A DNA stretch of 64,000 nt, from NCBI GenBank assembly GCA_965222115.1, contig CBDCTJ010000003.1:320001-384000 (forward strand). Reading direction: 5' to 3'. The translations under genes were made by a program, and so were the position numbers. Under the pieces are notes generated by a model. It ran no database searches. It was given only the letters and a program-made list of their open reading frames with translations, and was not told where the DNA came from. Position 1 is the stretch's first letter. Each line of letters begins with the position of its first letter. This stretch comes from Planctomycetota bacterium. Its GTDB lineage: Bacteria > Planctomycetota > PLA2 > JAEUHO01. Shown in pieces: positions 19,401-27,966 of the stretch.

Positions 19401-19548
19401 AGAAACGGAAATGCGAAAGGCACTTGCCGACATTGTGTCCAAGAGCGACGCCCTCAAGAATACGCCACGACTTCTGAGTACGCACTGGGGCACGGCCGTC
19501 CGATCCGAGGACAAACCGCATCCGAAGGCGGTCTACGTTCCAAAGTAA
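16447..19548 (+). CDS. FHA-domain Ser/Thr protein kinase with TM segment and long helical C-terminal region
   Basis: FHA (VGR, VSKLH, SNNG); kinase GEGGMGGV, VALK, HRDVKPDN, DLG, GTPHFISPE; TM LIFAGLVALAAIGAGIYF. Confidence 0.92.
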   Translation: MSIRLRIEHGQDEGKTFRLAKPGVYTVGRLPNNSVRILDMRVSKLHCEIHISGDGAAIRDRSSNNGCIINGQPLGGGDSPLRPGDEIRLGLTITRILSDGQADEEVSPSAGHSAESTLAMPRDSKQSEELPSLPPDELVGRDLGGYVVQKKIGEGGMGGVYLAEQTSLKRHVALKVLNEQFAADQAFVDQFVNEARAAGALNHPNVVQVYDVGSSEGRYFFSMEVMPGGSIEDQVKETRAQGGTVRWKTALNWFIDAANALIFAKKKEILHRDVKPDNLMLAEDGSAKLCDLGLAKKSEHGDLMKKGIIGTPHFISPESIRRKSDIDHRTDLYSLGCSFYRVLTGKNPYPANTVKEILLGHLNKPVPRVDELQSDVPRDLCDIVETLMAKEPDERYESPEDLLQALDKVRLRHGLEAHGIRPHSRKPLIFAGLVALAAIGAGIYFATRKPPPPPVDPVAQAKLREAELTRLNSQLGQFVNTAIQDDIGFRERQSEADLDETYSDPRWGKLADEWEAAGKTWIAKQGEWQDSASKEKDAKRKEKYVTRAEELKEVIARATLNPIEIRKRVKYLKDNEKRIKTARENAAKALKEGLEGYAAEVQAHFDKGEYVELERALDTKKIQALVEKLAGAKDGDIALINRKKQVEPLVKKLFGAKPPYGAALLAKAKKAIAQQHKAKLDEAKKVAGTPATSDGLAKAIEGITPYHDSLPSAPVDKTPGPIETQLINQRSEVARAITGMKGEIEKLRNKSRNADRVAYYELIRRLRCPSPSRGLLAQLAFTSAASVARTAAEKMNTAPFRALAEDQAEAAASLKALFDTFPGTFGDWKDKKIRVVDSRGKLKAHTIKELTTTSLKYGRESINFVERGVPWLLERVLKDADGKLRFAPNGEQHFAIATLAELAGDFELAASSYAAAKAALPAEDRRTEIAARRMGKLEAEKAAHALWKECIDLLEMVRAFKRKHAPSKASGGMMSEEDRQAVFAKETEMRKALADIVSKSDALKNTPRLLSTHWGTAVRSEDKPHPKAVYVPK

Positions 19549-19560
19549 GCGCGGTCCTCA

Positions 19561-19872
19561 TTGCAACCCCGTCAACCTATTGAACGCGTAGCGCCGGGCG
19601 TCGTTCGGTTGCACGTTAAGGTCGTCCCGGGATCGTCACGCACGTGCCTTGCCGGCTTGCGAGGTACACGACTGCGCATCAAAGTCGCCGCGCCCCCGGA
19701 AGGCGGCAAGGCCAACAAAACGTTGATTCGATTCCTTGCCGATGTGTTCAGGATCCAGGTTTCCGCCATTCGCGTCGTACGCGGCTCGTCTGCCCAGGAA
19801 AAGACGCTGGAACTCGACGACATATCGATCGAAGATGTGCGTCACCAACTCGCCGGGATTCTCCGTGACTGA
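19561..19872 (+). CDS. DUF167/YggU-family protein
   Basis: VKVVPGSS, LRIKVAAPPEGGKAN, VVRGSSAQEK. Confidence 0.88.
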   Translation: MQPRQPIERVAPGVVRLHVKVVPGSSRTCLAGLRGTRLRIKVAAPPEGGKANKTLIRFLADVFRIQVSAIRVVRGSSAQEKTLELDDISIEDVRHQLAGILRD

Positions 19873-20485
19873 GCCCGCCCACCCCATCGCATTTCTGTTG
19901 TCTGGCAGCGGCAGTACGCTCGCCAATCTCTTGGATGAAATCGAAGCAGGACGAGTACCTGCCAGGGTCGTGGTTGTTGTCTCGGATCGGCCTGGCGTCG
20001 GCGGACTTGAGATTGCCAAGGCGCGCGGCATTGCCACGGCCATCGTGGACCGCAAAGTCGTACGCGGTGATGCGTTTTCCAATCAACTCGAACAAACACT
20101 CCGCCCCCATGCCCCCGAACTCGTTGTGTCGGGCGGGTTCTTGTCGATCTACAAAGTTCCACCCGATCTTCAGGGCCGCATCATTAACGTGCATCCGTCG
20201 TTGCTACCTGCCTTTGGCGGCAAAGGGTGCTGGGGCCATCACGTGCATCGCGCCGTGTTGAAGCGCGGCTGTCGCCTCACTGGCTGCACAGTTCACTACA
20301 CCACCGACGAAGTAGACGGCGGGCCCATCATCGAACAGGCATCGGTGCGAGTCCTTCCCGATGACACCGTGGAGTCACTCGCCGCGCGCGTCCAGGCCCT
20401 CGAACGCGATCTCTATCCCAAAGTCATCGCCAAGATTCTCGGCGGCCACATCCGCCTCCACCAAGGCCGCGTTCTCCACAATTAG
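19865..20485 (+). CDS. purN: Phosphoribosylglycinamide formyltransferase
   Basis: LLSGSGSTL, INVHPSLLPAFGG, GCTVHY, VDGGPII; GTG start overlaps the upstream stop. Confidence 0.95.
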   Translation: MTEPAHPIAFLLSGSGSTLANLLDEIEAGRVPARVVVVVSDRPGVGGLEIAKARGIATAIVDRKVVRGDAFSNQLEQTLRPHAPELVVSGGFLSIYKVPPDLQGRIINVHPSLLPAFGGKGCWGHHVHRAVLKRGCRLTGCTVHYTTDEVDGGPIIEQASVRVLPDDTVESLAARVQALERDLYPKVIAKILGGHIRLHQGRVLHN

Positions 20486-20516
20486 TGCGCCACAAAAGCC
20501 TGGCTTTTGTGGCGCA
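20486..20516. terminator. Perfect inverted repeat immediately after purN, likely terminator between convergent genes
   Basis: tgcgccacaaaagcc-t-ggcttttgtggcgca. Confidence 0.7.
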
Positions 20517-20714
20517 GCCGCAGAGGCCCACTATTCGGCGCTCGCCACCTCCCGGCGTGCGCCGAAACTACCTGGTATCTCTGGCGCATCAGCCTCGGGG
20601 TGCACGTTGCTCCCACTCATCGATGGTTCTAATGTCATAGGCGCGCTCCGTTCCACGGTGTGGCTATCTCCCTGCGCGAGGAAAGCCTACCCCTTCGCGC
20701 AACTGCAGACCCGT

Positions 20715-22604
20715 TCAACTTGACCGGTTTGACTCGGCGCGTTCAATCCGATATGTGGGAAATGTCCCAAAGTCCTTTGCAAGCTCTACTTGCCCCACGT
20801 ACGTTTCGGCAATGTCGCGAATTCCCCTGGCGTGAAGTACTCCTACAAACGACGCACTTGCATACACCTGATTGTCGGGGACTTGGGGCTCTATACGCGC
20901 TGCATGGCTTATGGCGGCACCGGTGACGCGCAATTTCTTGAGAATCGGATCGTGCACACAATAGACCGGCGCCGCGTGAAGTCCGACGCGAATATGCAAA
21001 CGCTCCAAGAGTCGAGATGTGCTCGGAAGAGAATTATCGACATTTGACGCCTCGACACCTGAGGTTGCGTCACTCACCGCGAACAAATCGCGCAGAGAAA
21101 GAGCAAATTCGGCTGCGTGTTCGACGGATGAAAAGCTAGCAAATACCGCATCCCCCCACGTGTTGGCGTGAATGACATGATCGCCCGCGGCGTCTAGCAG
21201 CTTTGCAATGGGATCGAGGACCTCCGTGGCGAACGTCAACACCTCGCGTTCGCTAAGCTTGCTGTAGCCCTTCACATCGGCGAAGCACAGCGATGAGATG
21301 AACGAACTACCATGCGTCCTGTTCGCAACTCGAGAGGACGGTAACGCGTTCGACTTTGCCCTATACTGAATAAAGCCGTCCTCCAAGGCATCGATTCGGA
21401 GCACATGGATCTCACCAGCATCGCGCGAAGACGTCCAACGAGCAATTGTGTCTCCGGTTCCGCCCGCACCGGACGCGCCCTTGCCGTCCCACACGGCGAG
21501 CCGGACAACATCGGTATTCAAGGTTCTTGCACGACTTGCCACCAGTCCATCGAGCACTTCACCTGCATGGGCAAAGGCCAACCCCTCCTCGGGAAAGGCA
21601 TCCTTGGTCACTTCGATGACCATGCTGGGCGACGCCAGCGCCGCGGCATGCATCCGCGACCAGTCGCGCCCTTCAAAGCCACGGACCGATCGCGTTTCGT
21701 ACCAGTCACCGCGAACCGGCAGCACAATGGCAGTATCAATGTCCCGCTTGCGCGCTTCCTCCAAGAACAACAAGTCGGCTCCGGCCGCGGCACCCGACAC
21801 AGCCAACGACCACTCGTTTCGATCCAAGAACGTGGAAATCGCGTGAGTGACGATTGGGACCTGTGCGTGAGGAAAGCGAGGATTCGCCCGACCGGGGGCA
21901 TCAACAATATGTCCTACCAACTGAACGACCGGTGGCACATGCGTGATGCCGACCAGCGTGGCCCACGCCTCGCCCGTGGTGTCTAGGAACAATCTTGGAT
22001 TTCGGCGGTATGCTTCAAGCGCAAACCAGTTACGCCCTTTGCGAGCCGCATCGGACACGCGCCGATACAACGGCCACGCCTCATCAAACCGCTCGAGTAG
22101 CAAGAGTGCCTCAGCATGGGTTGCCGTTTCCCAGGCGTCGCCGTTCGTTCCTGTGTCGTTTACGATGACTGTTGCGATCTCATGCGCGATATCTCGTTCT
22201 CCCAGTTTCCAATGCAGTGCTGCCAGATTGATGCGATGCCAGTTGACCTCAACATTGGTGCGCTCGCCCTGGCGATACGCCCATGCGGCCTTTCGAAACT
22301 GGCAAGCGGCCCCCTCACCGTGCAGCCTTGACGCCGCATCCTTATAGGTCGACCCACGCACGCCATATGCCTCAGACGTGAGCTTGTTGCATGAAAGGCG
22401 CCGCGGCAACCCCCGCAAAATACCCAACGCCGCATCCAACGCCCCCAGCCCCTGCAGCGCCCGAGCCTCCAATATCTCTGCGCGGCCTGTTTCATCCTCA
22501 CATGCTCGCGCAAGGTCAAGCGCCACGAAGAACTCGCGGGCCTTAAGCGCGTCAAGTGCGGCCCCAATTTGATCCTGCACGTCGATACCGCTCATCGTGA
22601 CCAT
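20715..22604 (-). CDS. TPR-like (MAP3K TRAF-binding/DUF4071-like) + SLOG + class III nucleotide cyclase protein
   Basis: GSTYKD, INLAAL, WETATHAEALLLL; SLOG motifs SGAAAGADLL and AVWDG..GAGGT; cyclase motifs CFADVKGYSKL, NTWGDA, RVGLHAAPV, HAARIEP; true start lies downstream of the proline dehydrogenase stop. Confidence 0.8.
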   Translation of the reverse strand: MVTMSGIDVQDQIGAALDALKAREFFVALDLARACEDETGRAEILEARALQGLGALDAALGILRGLPRRLSCNKLTSEAYGVRGSTYKDAASRLHGEGAACQFRKAAWAYRQGERTNVEVNWHRINLAALHWKLGERDIAHEIATVIVNDTGTNGDAWETATHAEALLLLERFDEAWPLYRRVSDAARKGRNWFALEAYRRNPRLFLDTTGEAWATLVGITHVPPVVQLVGHIVDAPGRANPRFPHAQVPIVTHAISTFLDRNEWSLAVSGAAAGADLLFLEEARKRDIDTAIVLPVRGDWYETRSVRGFEGRDWSRMHAAALASPSMVIEVTKDAFPEEGLAFAHAGEVLDGLVASRARTLNTDVVRLAVWDGKGASGAGGTGDTIARWTSSRDAGEIHVLRIDALEDGFIQYRAKSNALPSSRVANRTHGSSFISSLCFADVKGYSKLSEREVLTFATEVLDPIAKLLDAAGDHVIHANTWGDAVFASFSSVEHAAEFALSLRDLFAVSDATSGVEASNVDNSLPSTSRLLERLHIRVGLHAAPVYCVHDPILKKLRVTGAAISHAARIEPQVPDNQVYASASFVGVLHARGIRDIAETYVGQVELAKDFGTFPTYRIERAESNRSS

Positions 22605-22653
22605 CTGCTTCGAGGCGTGTGCGTCGAGATCATCTGGCCTTTGTGGCGCATCG

Positions 22654-23562
22654 CTACCTCCCCACCCGCAACACGTTTCGAAGCACCAGCCAGGGCAAGC
22701 TTGGGCTTTCGGCCATGCGGCGGCGAAGGTAGGCGGTGGCGTCGTCCCAACCGCGAGCGAAGGGCACGTAGCGGCGATAGGGCAATGTGATCCCGAAGTG
22801 CCCCTTCTTAAGGCGTTTGATGAACGTTCGGCGAGGCACGCCAAGGAGCATTTGAATTTCGCAGCGCTCCGGTGCGGCGGGTGCCACTGTGCGAAGAAAA
22901 CGGGCGAGAAGCTTCTCATCGTGCGTTGCAAACTCAAGTCGCGCGCCACGTTCAAGAAGGCGCTTGCCGTAGGTGAGCATGCGCTCCTTCATCTCAGCCT
23001 TTGACTGAATGGCGTACGTCTCGACTTCGGGATAGATACCGATTACGAGTCGAACACGCATACCCGCAGGCATGCGCTCAAGGTCGGCCTCGGTTCGGTG
23101 CATTCGAGTTTGCAATACGGTCCCAACATCATGTCCTCGCTCGAAGAGTGACACGGCGTTCGTAATAGTGGATTCCGTCCAGGGATGATCTTCCATGTCG
23201 ATCGTCAACGCAACGCCACGTTCTTTGGCTCGCGCGGCGAGCGCTTCGATACGCGGCCAACACGCTTGAGTGTCGCTCCCCGTAAATGCCGACGGTTTTA
23301 TGCTCAATGTGGGACGTGTCGCGGGATCGGCAAAGCGATGATCACTGCCTAGCACGTCCACGATTCGCTCGCACGTGCCGATGTTTTCGATGACCTGGAA
23401 GGGCGTGAGGTCGCCCTCGCCGAGCAGGTCGAGCGTGGTGAGCGTGCCGAAGCGATTGAGCTTCGCCTCTGCGACGCGAAGCGCAGCTTCGAGCGAGTCA
23501 CCCGCCACGTAGGGTTTCGCGAAGAGGCGCACCAAAAACGGCGGGGTGATCTTGGCCAGCAT
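22654..23562 (-). CDS. Monofunctional proline dehydrogenase
   Basis: YVAG, LDLLGE, IDMED, RLVIGIY, FATHD, QMLLGV, YVPF, YLRRRMAE. Confidence 0.9.
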   Translation of the reverse strand: MLAKITPPFLVRLFAKPYVAGDSLEAALRVAEAKLNRFGTLTTLDLLGEGDLTPFQVIENIGTCERIVDVLGSDHRFADPATRPTLSIKPSAFTGSDTQACWPRIEALAARAKERGVALTIDMEDHPWTESTITNAVSLFERGHDVGTVLQTRMHRTEADLERMPAGMRVRLVIGIYPEVETYAIQSKAEMKERMLTYGKRLLERGARLEFATHDEKLLARFLRTVAPAAPERCEIQMLLGVPRRTFIKRLKKGHFGITLPYRRYVPFARGWDDATAYLRRRMAESPSLPWLVLRNVLRVGR

Positions 23563-23689
23563 GGCCGGTGATTCTAGCGACGGGACTCTTGCACCCGTAA
23601 GGCTGCAGAGACTCGTTTTGCTGGGGGCGAGCGCCGTTACCTTGTGGAGCCCGCCCGCGCGGGCACAAAATGGTCAATTGAGGCAGTTC

Positions 23690-25735
23690 GTGGCGAAGAA
23701 GAAACGAAAGAAGCGCAGGGCCAAATCCGCCAAGCGCGCCAAGGCGCCCCGTCGCAAGCGTGCGCGGGCACCCAAGAAAACGGCGGCGCGCAAAAAGGCT
23801 GCCTCACGCACAAAGAAGAAGGCGCGATCCTCACGCAAGGCCACAAAGCGACATCCCGTCTCACGAACGGGCGCCGCCTACGACGAACAGGCGATTATTT
23901 CGCTTGATCCGCTGGCGCATATCCGCCTGCGCACGGGCATGTACATCGGTCGTGTCGGCAACGGCAGTCACCCCCACGACGGCATCTACGTCATGCTCAA
24001 GGAGGTGATCGACAACAGCGTTGATGAGTTCATTATGCGCCACGGCAAGCGCATCGAGATCAAGCGTAAGGGAAACACCATCGCCATTCGCGACTACGGT
24101 CGCGGCATTCCCCTCGGCAAAGTGGTGGACTGCGTAAGTCAGATCAATACAGGCGGTAAGTACAACGACGAGCAATACCAGTTCACTGTCGGCCTCAATG
24201 GCGTAGGAACGAAAGTCGTCAATGCCCTCTCATCGCGCTTCGAGGTCTGCAGTTGGCGCGACGGCAAGTTTTCGAAGGCTACGTTTTCTCAAGGTGAGAT
24301 TGAAGGGCAGAAAAAGGGAAAGCAGTCGGGCGTCCGCAACGGCACCCAAACCATGTTCACGCCCGACGAAGAGATCTTCGGCGAATACGAATGGGACGAG
24401 ACATTTATTGGGCGGCGTATGCGATACTACGCCTACCTCAATAGCGGCCTCACGCTCATCTACAACGGCACCAAGTATCACAGCAAGAATGGCCTCGCCG
24501 ATCTGGTCACCGAAGAACTCGGCGAAGACAAACCCATTTACGACGTGGCCCATTACCGCGGCGACAACCTCGAATTCGCGTTTACGCATACGCAGAGCTA
24601 CGGCGAGACCTACTTCAGCTTCGTCAATGGGCAGTACACCAACGATGGCGGCACACACCAAAGTGCGTTTCGGGAGGGCGTACTCAAGGGCATCAATGAA
24701 TTTGCGGGTAAGAGTTATGCGGGCGAAGATGTGCGCGACGGCATCTTGGGTGCGGTGGCCATTCGCATGCAAGAGCCCACGTTTGAAAGCCAGACCAAAA
24801 ACAAACTCGGCAGTTCCGAGGTCCGTGGCTGGATCGTGAAGGAAGTGCGCGAGAACGTCATGCTGTGGCTGCATCGGCATAAGAAGCAGGCCGATGCCAT
24901 GATTCAGAAGATCAATGCCAACGAACGCATTCGCAAAGAACTTTCGTCAATCAAGAAGCAGGCTCGGGAACGCGCCAAGAAAACCGCGATTCGCATCCCC
25001 AAACTGGTGGACTGCAAGGAGCACTTCGACCGCGCCAAAGACAAGCGCCGCGACGACACCATGATTTTCCTCGCCGAAGGGGACTCCGCCGGCGGTGCCA
25101 TGCTTCAGGCGCGCGACGTCTACACGCAGGCGATTTTCAGCCTGAAAGGCAAACCCCTCAACACACACAATCACAAGCTCGACACGGTCTACAAAAACGA
25201 AGAACTCTACAACATCATGCGCGCGCTGGGCATTGAAGATGGACTCGATGGTCTGCGCTACAACCGCGTGGTGATTGCCACCGACGCCGACGTCGATGGC
25301 ATGCACATTCGCAATTTGCTGATCACCTATTTCCTGAAGTTCTTCGAACCCTTGGTTGCTGCCGGACACCTCTACGTGCTGGAAACACCGCTCTTCCGCG
25401 TGCGCAATAAAAAGGAAACCCACTATTGCTACTCGGAAGCCGAGAAACGGAAGGCGGTGCGCGCCCTCGCGAAGGGCAAGTCAAAGGCCGAGGTCACTCG
25501 ATTCAAAGGACTGGGCGAGATTAGCCCCAAGGAGTTCAAACAGTTCATCGGCGACGGAATTCGACTTGTTCAGATCGACTTGCCCTCGCGTGGCGAGATA
25601 CGCAAAGTGCTTGAGTTCTTCATGGGCAAGAACACACCGGAACGACGCAAATTCATTGTCAAAAACCTCATTGTGGAAGACACCGACATTGTAGAACCTG
25701 CGTCCGAGGAACCGGTCTCCGGAGGCGCGGGGTAA
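23690..25735 (+). CDS. parE: DNA topoisomerase IV subunit B with Lys/Arg/Ala-rich N-terminal tail
   Basis: GMYIG, KEVIDNSVDE, DYGRGIP, GLNGVG, EGDSAGG, LKGKPLN, TDADVDGMHI, RFKGLGEI; GTG start with GAGG RBS. Confidence 0.9.
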   Translation: MAKKKRKKRRAKSAKRAKAPRRKRARAPKKTAARKKAASRTKKKARSSRKATKRHPVSRTGAAYDEQAIISLDPLAHIRLRTGMYIGRVGNGSHPHDGIYVMLKEVIDNSVDEFIMRHGKRIEIKRKGNTIAIRDYGRGIPLGKVVDCVSQINTGGKYNDEQYQFTVGLNGVGTKVVNALSSRFEVCSWRDGKFSKATFSQGEIEGQKKGKQSGVRNGTQTMFTPDEEIFGEYEWDETFIGRRMRYYAYLNSGLTLIYNGTKYHSKNGLADLVTEELGEDKPIYDVAHYRGDNLEFAFTHTQSYGETYFSFVNGQYTNDGGTHQSAFREGVLKGINEFAGKSYAGEDVRDGILGAVAIRMQEPTFESQTKNKLGSSEVRGWIVKEVRENVMLWLHRHKKQADAMIQKINANERIRKELSSIKKQARERAKKTAIRIPKLVDCKEHFDRAKDKRRDDTMIFLAEGDSAGGAMLQARDVYTQAIFSLKGKPLNTHNHKLDTVYKNEELYNIMRALGIEDGLDGLRYNRVVIATDADVDGMHIRNLLITYFLKFFEPLVAAGHLYVLETPLFRVRNKKETHYCYSEAEKRKAVRALAKGKSKAEVTRFKGLGEISPKEFKQFIGDGIRLVQIDLPSRGEIRKVLEFFMGKNTPERRKFIVKNLIVEDTDIVEPASEEPVSGGAG

Positions 25736-25738
25736 GCC

Positions 25739-27658
25739 ATGGCCAATCTCAAACCGCTCATGCGCCAGAACTTTCTGGAGTACGCCAGCTACGTCATTGT
25801 GGATCGCGCCATTCCCGATCTTCGAGATGGTTTCAAACCCGTGCAACGGCGCATACTGGCCACACTCAAGCGCATGGACGATGGCAAGTTTCACAAGGTC
25901 GCCAATGTGATTGGCGACACCATGAAGCTTCACCCCCACGGGGACCAGTCCATTGGCGATGCGCTGGTCGTGCTCGCCAACAAAGAGTACTTCATTGAGC
26001 GTCAAGGAAACTTCGGCAGCGTGCTCACGGGCCATCGTGCGGCAGCCGCCCGCTACATCGAGTGTCGCCTCACGCCGCTCGCACGCGAGACGCTCTTCAA
26101 CCATCATCTGACCACCTACACGCCCAGCTACGATGGGCGCCGCGACGAACCGCTGTTCTTGCCAGCCAAGTTGCCGGTTGTACTCATGCTTGGCGCCGAA
26201 GGCATTGCCGTCGGACTATCCACGCGCATCCTGCCGCACAACTTCTGTGAGTTGCTTGAAGCCCAGATCGCCATCTTGAAACGAGGCAAGTTCAAGTTGC
26301 TGCCCGACTTCTCCCAGGGCGGCCGCATGGACGCGTCGGAATACGGCGATGGCAACGGCAAGGTGCGTGTACGCGCGCGCATTGAAGAGCGCAGCAACAA
26401 ACTACTGGTGATCACGGAGATCCCGTTTGGCACAACCACCGAAAGCCTGATTGCGAGTATTGAGACTGCATCTCAACGTGGAAAGATCAAAGTGGGGTCG
26501 ATTCAAGACTTCACAACGGACAGGGCCGAAATTCATCTCGCACTGCCTCGTGGCGTGAGTGCCGACGAAACGCTCCCTCAGCTTTGGGCCTATACCGACT
26601 GCGAAGTCACGCTCCATCCGCGCCTCACTGTCATCGACGACCGCCACCCCGTCGACCTCTCGGTATCGGATCTCCTGCGCGAGCTCACCAAGCGCTTGAA
26701 AGCAATCATCAAGGCGGAACTGGAGCACGAACTCGCCAAACTGACGTCACGCAAACACTGGCTCACCCTTGAGCAGATATTTATCGAAGAGCGGGTCTAC
26801 AAGGCACTTGAGAAAGCAAAGACGGCTGAAGCCGTACGCAAGACCGTGTGGACCGGCATGAAACCATTTACGCGCCGCATGATCCGTAAGATGACGGAAG
26901 ACGATGTCACCAAGTTGCTGCAACTACACATCCGTCGCATTTCGGCCTATGACATCCAAAAGTTCCGCGATGACATGGGCGAGATTGAGCGCAACATTCG
27001 CGCGGTGAATCGCAAACTCAAGAATCTCACCAAGACGACGATCGGTGTCCTCGAGGATCTGCTCGACCGCTACGGCAAGGACTATCCCCGGCGAACCGAG
27101 ATCACCACGTTTGGCGCAGTGGACAAACGCAAAGTCGCACGTCAGAGCATTCGCGTTGCCTACGATCCCAAGAGCGGTTTCTGGGGAAGTTCCGTGCGCG
27201 CGTCCGAGCATGCCATGACCATGAGCGAGTACGACCGCGCGCTAATCGTCTCAAGCGACGGCAGCTACCGCATCGTGGGACCCGAAGAGAAACGGCTCAT
27301 CCCCGGCAAAGTGGTCTACTGCCAACCCTTCGATGAGAAGCAGGGCCTCCATGTGACGGTTGTCTATCGCAACGCACAGAAGTTCGCCTTCGGAAAACGA
27401 ATCCACATTCACAAATTCGTTCGAGCTCGTGAATACACGCTTTGCAAAGTTGAGAAGGGGAAGAAAGGCAAACTCGACTTCTTCCTGCTCGACGACGACC
27501 CCGGCTGCCTCTTTCTCGCTTTTGTCCACAAACCTCGACAGCGAGTAAAAGACACGACCTATGACTTGAACACACTGGTCGAAACCAGCGTCGGCGCGCG
27601 CGGTGCGCGGTTGGCTCCCAAGCCCGTCAGCCGCATGAAGCGTGTCGCCAGGGACTAA
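25739..27658 (+). CDS. parC: DNA topoisomerase IV subunit A
   Basis: RAIPDLRDGFKPVQRRIL, HPHGD, GNFG, AAARYIE (catalytic Tyr); short CTD with no GyrA-box seen. Confidence 0.9.
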   Translation: MANLKPLMRQNFLEYASYVIVDRAIPDLRDGFKPVQRRILATLKRMDDGKFHKVANVIGDTMKLHPHGDQSIGDALVVLANKEYFIERQGNFGSVLTGHRAAAARYIECRLTPLARETLFNHHLTTYTPSYDGRRDEPLFLPAKLPVVLMLGAEGIAVGLSTRILPHNFCELLEAQIAILKRGKFKLLPDFSQGGRMDASEYGDGNGKVRVRARIEERSNKLLVITEIPFGTTTESLIASIETASQRGKIKVGSIQDFTTDRAEIHLALPRGVSADETLPQLWAYTDCEVTLHPRLTVIDDRHPVDLSVSDLLRELTKRLKAIIKAELEHELAKLTSRKHWLTLEQIFIEERVYKALEKAKTAEAVRKTVWTGMKPFTRRMIRKMTEDDVTKLLQLHIRRISAYDIQKFRDDMGEIERNIRAVNRKLKNLTKTTIGVLEDLLDRYGKDYPRRTEITTFGAVDKRKVARQSIRVAYDPKSGFWGSSVRASEHAMTMSEYDRALIVSSDGSYRIVGPEEKRLIPGKVVYCQPFDEKQGLHVTVVYRNAQKFAFGKRIHIHKFVRAREYTLCKVEKGKKGKLDFFLLDDDPGCLFLAFVHKPRQRVKDTTYDLNTLVETSVGARGARLAPKPVSRMKRVARD

Positions 27659-27810
27659 CCCAGGCGGCATCCGCCTTGGGGTGAACTTGAGCTTCTCTCG
27701 CACGGACTGCCCACGCCGTACTCGATGGAAATGAGTTGCATGGAATGGCCGTGCACGATGGGCCACGCCCGATAGTTAGCATCACAAAGCAATCGGGTTC
27801 CCCATGCTCG

Positions 27811-27838
27811 TTGACACGTCGATTTCGGAGGCTACGCT
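27811..27838 (+). promoter_or_regulatory. Possible sigma70 promoter upstream of the MarR gene
   Basis: TTGACA-N16-TACGCT. Confidence 0.4.
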
Positions 27839-27966
27839 GCGGCTCCAAGGTCCCCTAAGAAGGGGGCATGGCACAGCATGGGCCGAACGAGCGATGTGCG
27901 GTTCGCGGCCTCGTGCGTGTGGGATCGTTGAGCAAACAAGTAGCCCGTTGTCTCCTAAGGACTCAT

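Noticed and set aside
22605-22955. N-terminal extension of the cyclase ORF overlapping proline dehydrogenase
   Set aside because: Out-of-frame overlap with a conserved gene; plausible starts lie at 22604 or 22595.
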